Part shown: positions 62,505 through 64,000 of the stretch, one piece after another | Position numbering within the stretch: position 1 is the first letter of the stretch | How the letters are laid out: each line of letters opens with the position of its first letter | Source: Octopus vulgaris | Lineage: Eukaryota | Direction: 5' to 3' | DNA: 64,000 nt | Assembly: GCA_951406725.2 (NCBI GenBank) | Contig: OX597830.1 | Coordinates: forward strand, 56,296,001 to 56,360,000 | Notes under the pieces: generated by a model | The model's database searches: none | What the model saw: only the letters and a program-made list of their open reading frames with translations | What the model was told of the DNA's origin: nothing | Translations under genes and position numbers: made by a program

Positions 62505-63733
62505 CCTATCTATAAATGCTCTAATATCTACACAGCCTTGGTTTTTTTTATCTCATTACGGAAAAAATTCTTATATACGTGTGTATATATATATACATAT
62601 ATATATATATATGTATGTATACATATATAACCTACTCACCACAACACAACTGAAATCCTAATACCAAGGTGCCATGTAAAAAGAATTAGTGTGGGTGCTG
62701 CTTTCACATAAAAAATACCCAGTAAACTCTGTAAAGTGGTTAGCATTAGGAAGGGCATCCAGCTATAGAAACCAAGCCAAAACAGAATATGGAACCTGGT
62801 GTGACCCCTGGCCACACCAGTTCCTGTCAAGCAGTCCAACCCATGCCAGCATGTTAAACACTGACAATATATACATACATACCATGCAGGGATTTCACAA
62901 GAGGCAAATCAACCAATTAACTCGCACATTACACGTACAATCTGTAAGTGGAACAGTAAAAATATGCAAGACTTTCCTCAAGTTTAACATGCGACATTGT
63001 TTTTGCTATCTCCATTCCATGATGGAGATTTGCATCGTTGTTAATACCAGCTCCTTCTTCAGAGGAAAAATTTAAATAATGGCATTAGGAAGGGCACGCA
63101 GCTGTAGAAACTGTGCCAAAACAGAGAACAGACATTAAATGATGATGATGATGGAAAACGGAAGAGAATGTACATGCACACATGTACATAAGATATAGAC
63201 ATACATACATACATACATACATACAAAGTGGCATATACATTTACCCATTATTTAAACACTAAGCCATGCTCTTCAGCCGAGAAAAAAAATGAAGGACTAT
63301 CTTTTCTCAGCTGAAGGTGAAGGGTAGTGATTTTGAATAGTAAATGTATGTAATATATTGCCAACAAATATAACAATCATTAACCAAAACCTAAATGAAT
63401 AGTGGGTAATTAGATATGCTACACTTAGTATATAAATATACTCTTTCATTCCTTTGTTTCAGCCGGCTGACAGTGACCATGCTGGGGCATCAAATTGAAG
63501 GGAATAGACAAATGAACAGGATGGTCTCAAATTTCATTTTCACTCTTACAAAAGCTCGTACTGCATAGTTTTAAATTGTTAATTTAAAACTACTTTTCTT
63601 AGTTCTATGGCTAATTGTGTTTTACTTGAAATCAAATTGTATAGTTAACAATTTGAAAAACTATCATCACATTACACACATACATATATGCATAAATAAA
63701 ATGTATAATGTGAAAAAAAATATATATATGATA

Positions 63734-63887
63734 TAATCATGGTCAAAAGTTTAGAACATATGTCTGAAAATTAGAATATTTATATTAAATGCCCTAGTAT
63801 ATACATTGTGTATATTTAAATCAAATTATACTTGGGCATAACAATTTTCATTTTTAAAAAAATGCTCTAATCTTTTGGCCACAACTG
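63734..63887. mobile_element. Degenerate Tc1/mariner-type MITE
   Basis: 26-bp TIRs, 19/26 identical by eye (CAGTTGTGGCCAAAAGATTAGAGCAT type); TA on the left flank. Confidence 0.55.
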
Positions 63888-64000
63888 CATATAATACACA
63901 CACACACATATATATATATAATATATGTATGTGTGTTTTCTGTTATCAATTCGAACACAACCACCAACAGCAACAATAAGGAAGTAGATAAGCAAATCCA

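Noticed and set aside
63245-63310. Possible upstream ATP2C1 exon ending ATGG|gtaaat
   Set aside because: The ATG would be out of frame with exon 1 and the acceptor is ambiguous; unsupported without transcripts

Overview
AT-rich, repeat-dense eukaryotic genomic DNA; the SINE, RTE and microsatellite landscape suggests an octopus (inference). Two convergent multi-exon genes were assembled by hand from GT-AG boundaries with consistent phase. The + strand carries the last 12 coding exons of rotatin (RTTN, 579-19196). The - strand carries a nearly complete secretory-pathway Ca2+/Mn2+ ATPase (ATP2C1/SPCA, 23 coding exons, 56582-19338, about 900 aa). The two stop codons are only 141 bp apart. Introns contain three tRNA-derived SINE families, RTE-tail elements, piggyBac-type and other MITEs, LINE remnants, an R2-type endonuclease fragment and a young 5'-truncated RTE whose RT carries an inserted PHD-type finger. 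The most notable non-obvious signals are three Penelope-type minimal hammerhead ribozyme motifs (one with a complete core at 62454-62504), an AG|GTAAGT exon start with a neighbouring duplicated poison pseudo-exon in ATP2C1, and several long intronic inverted repeats. No database searches were run; family assignments come from recalled motifs.
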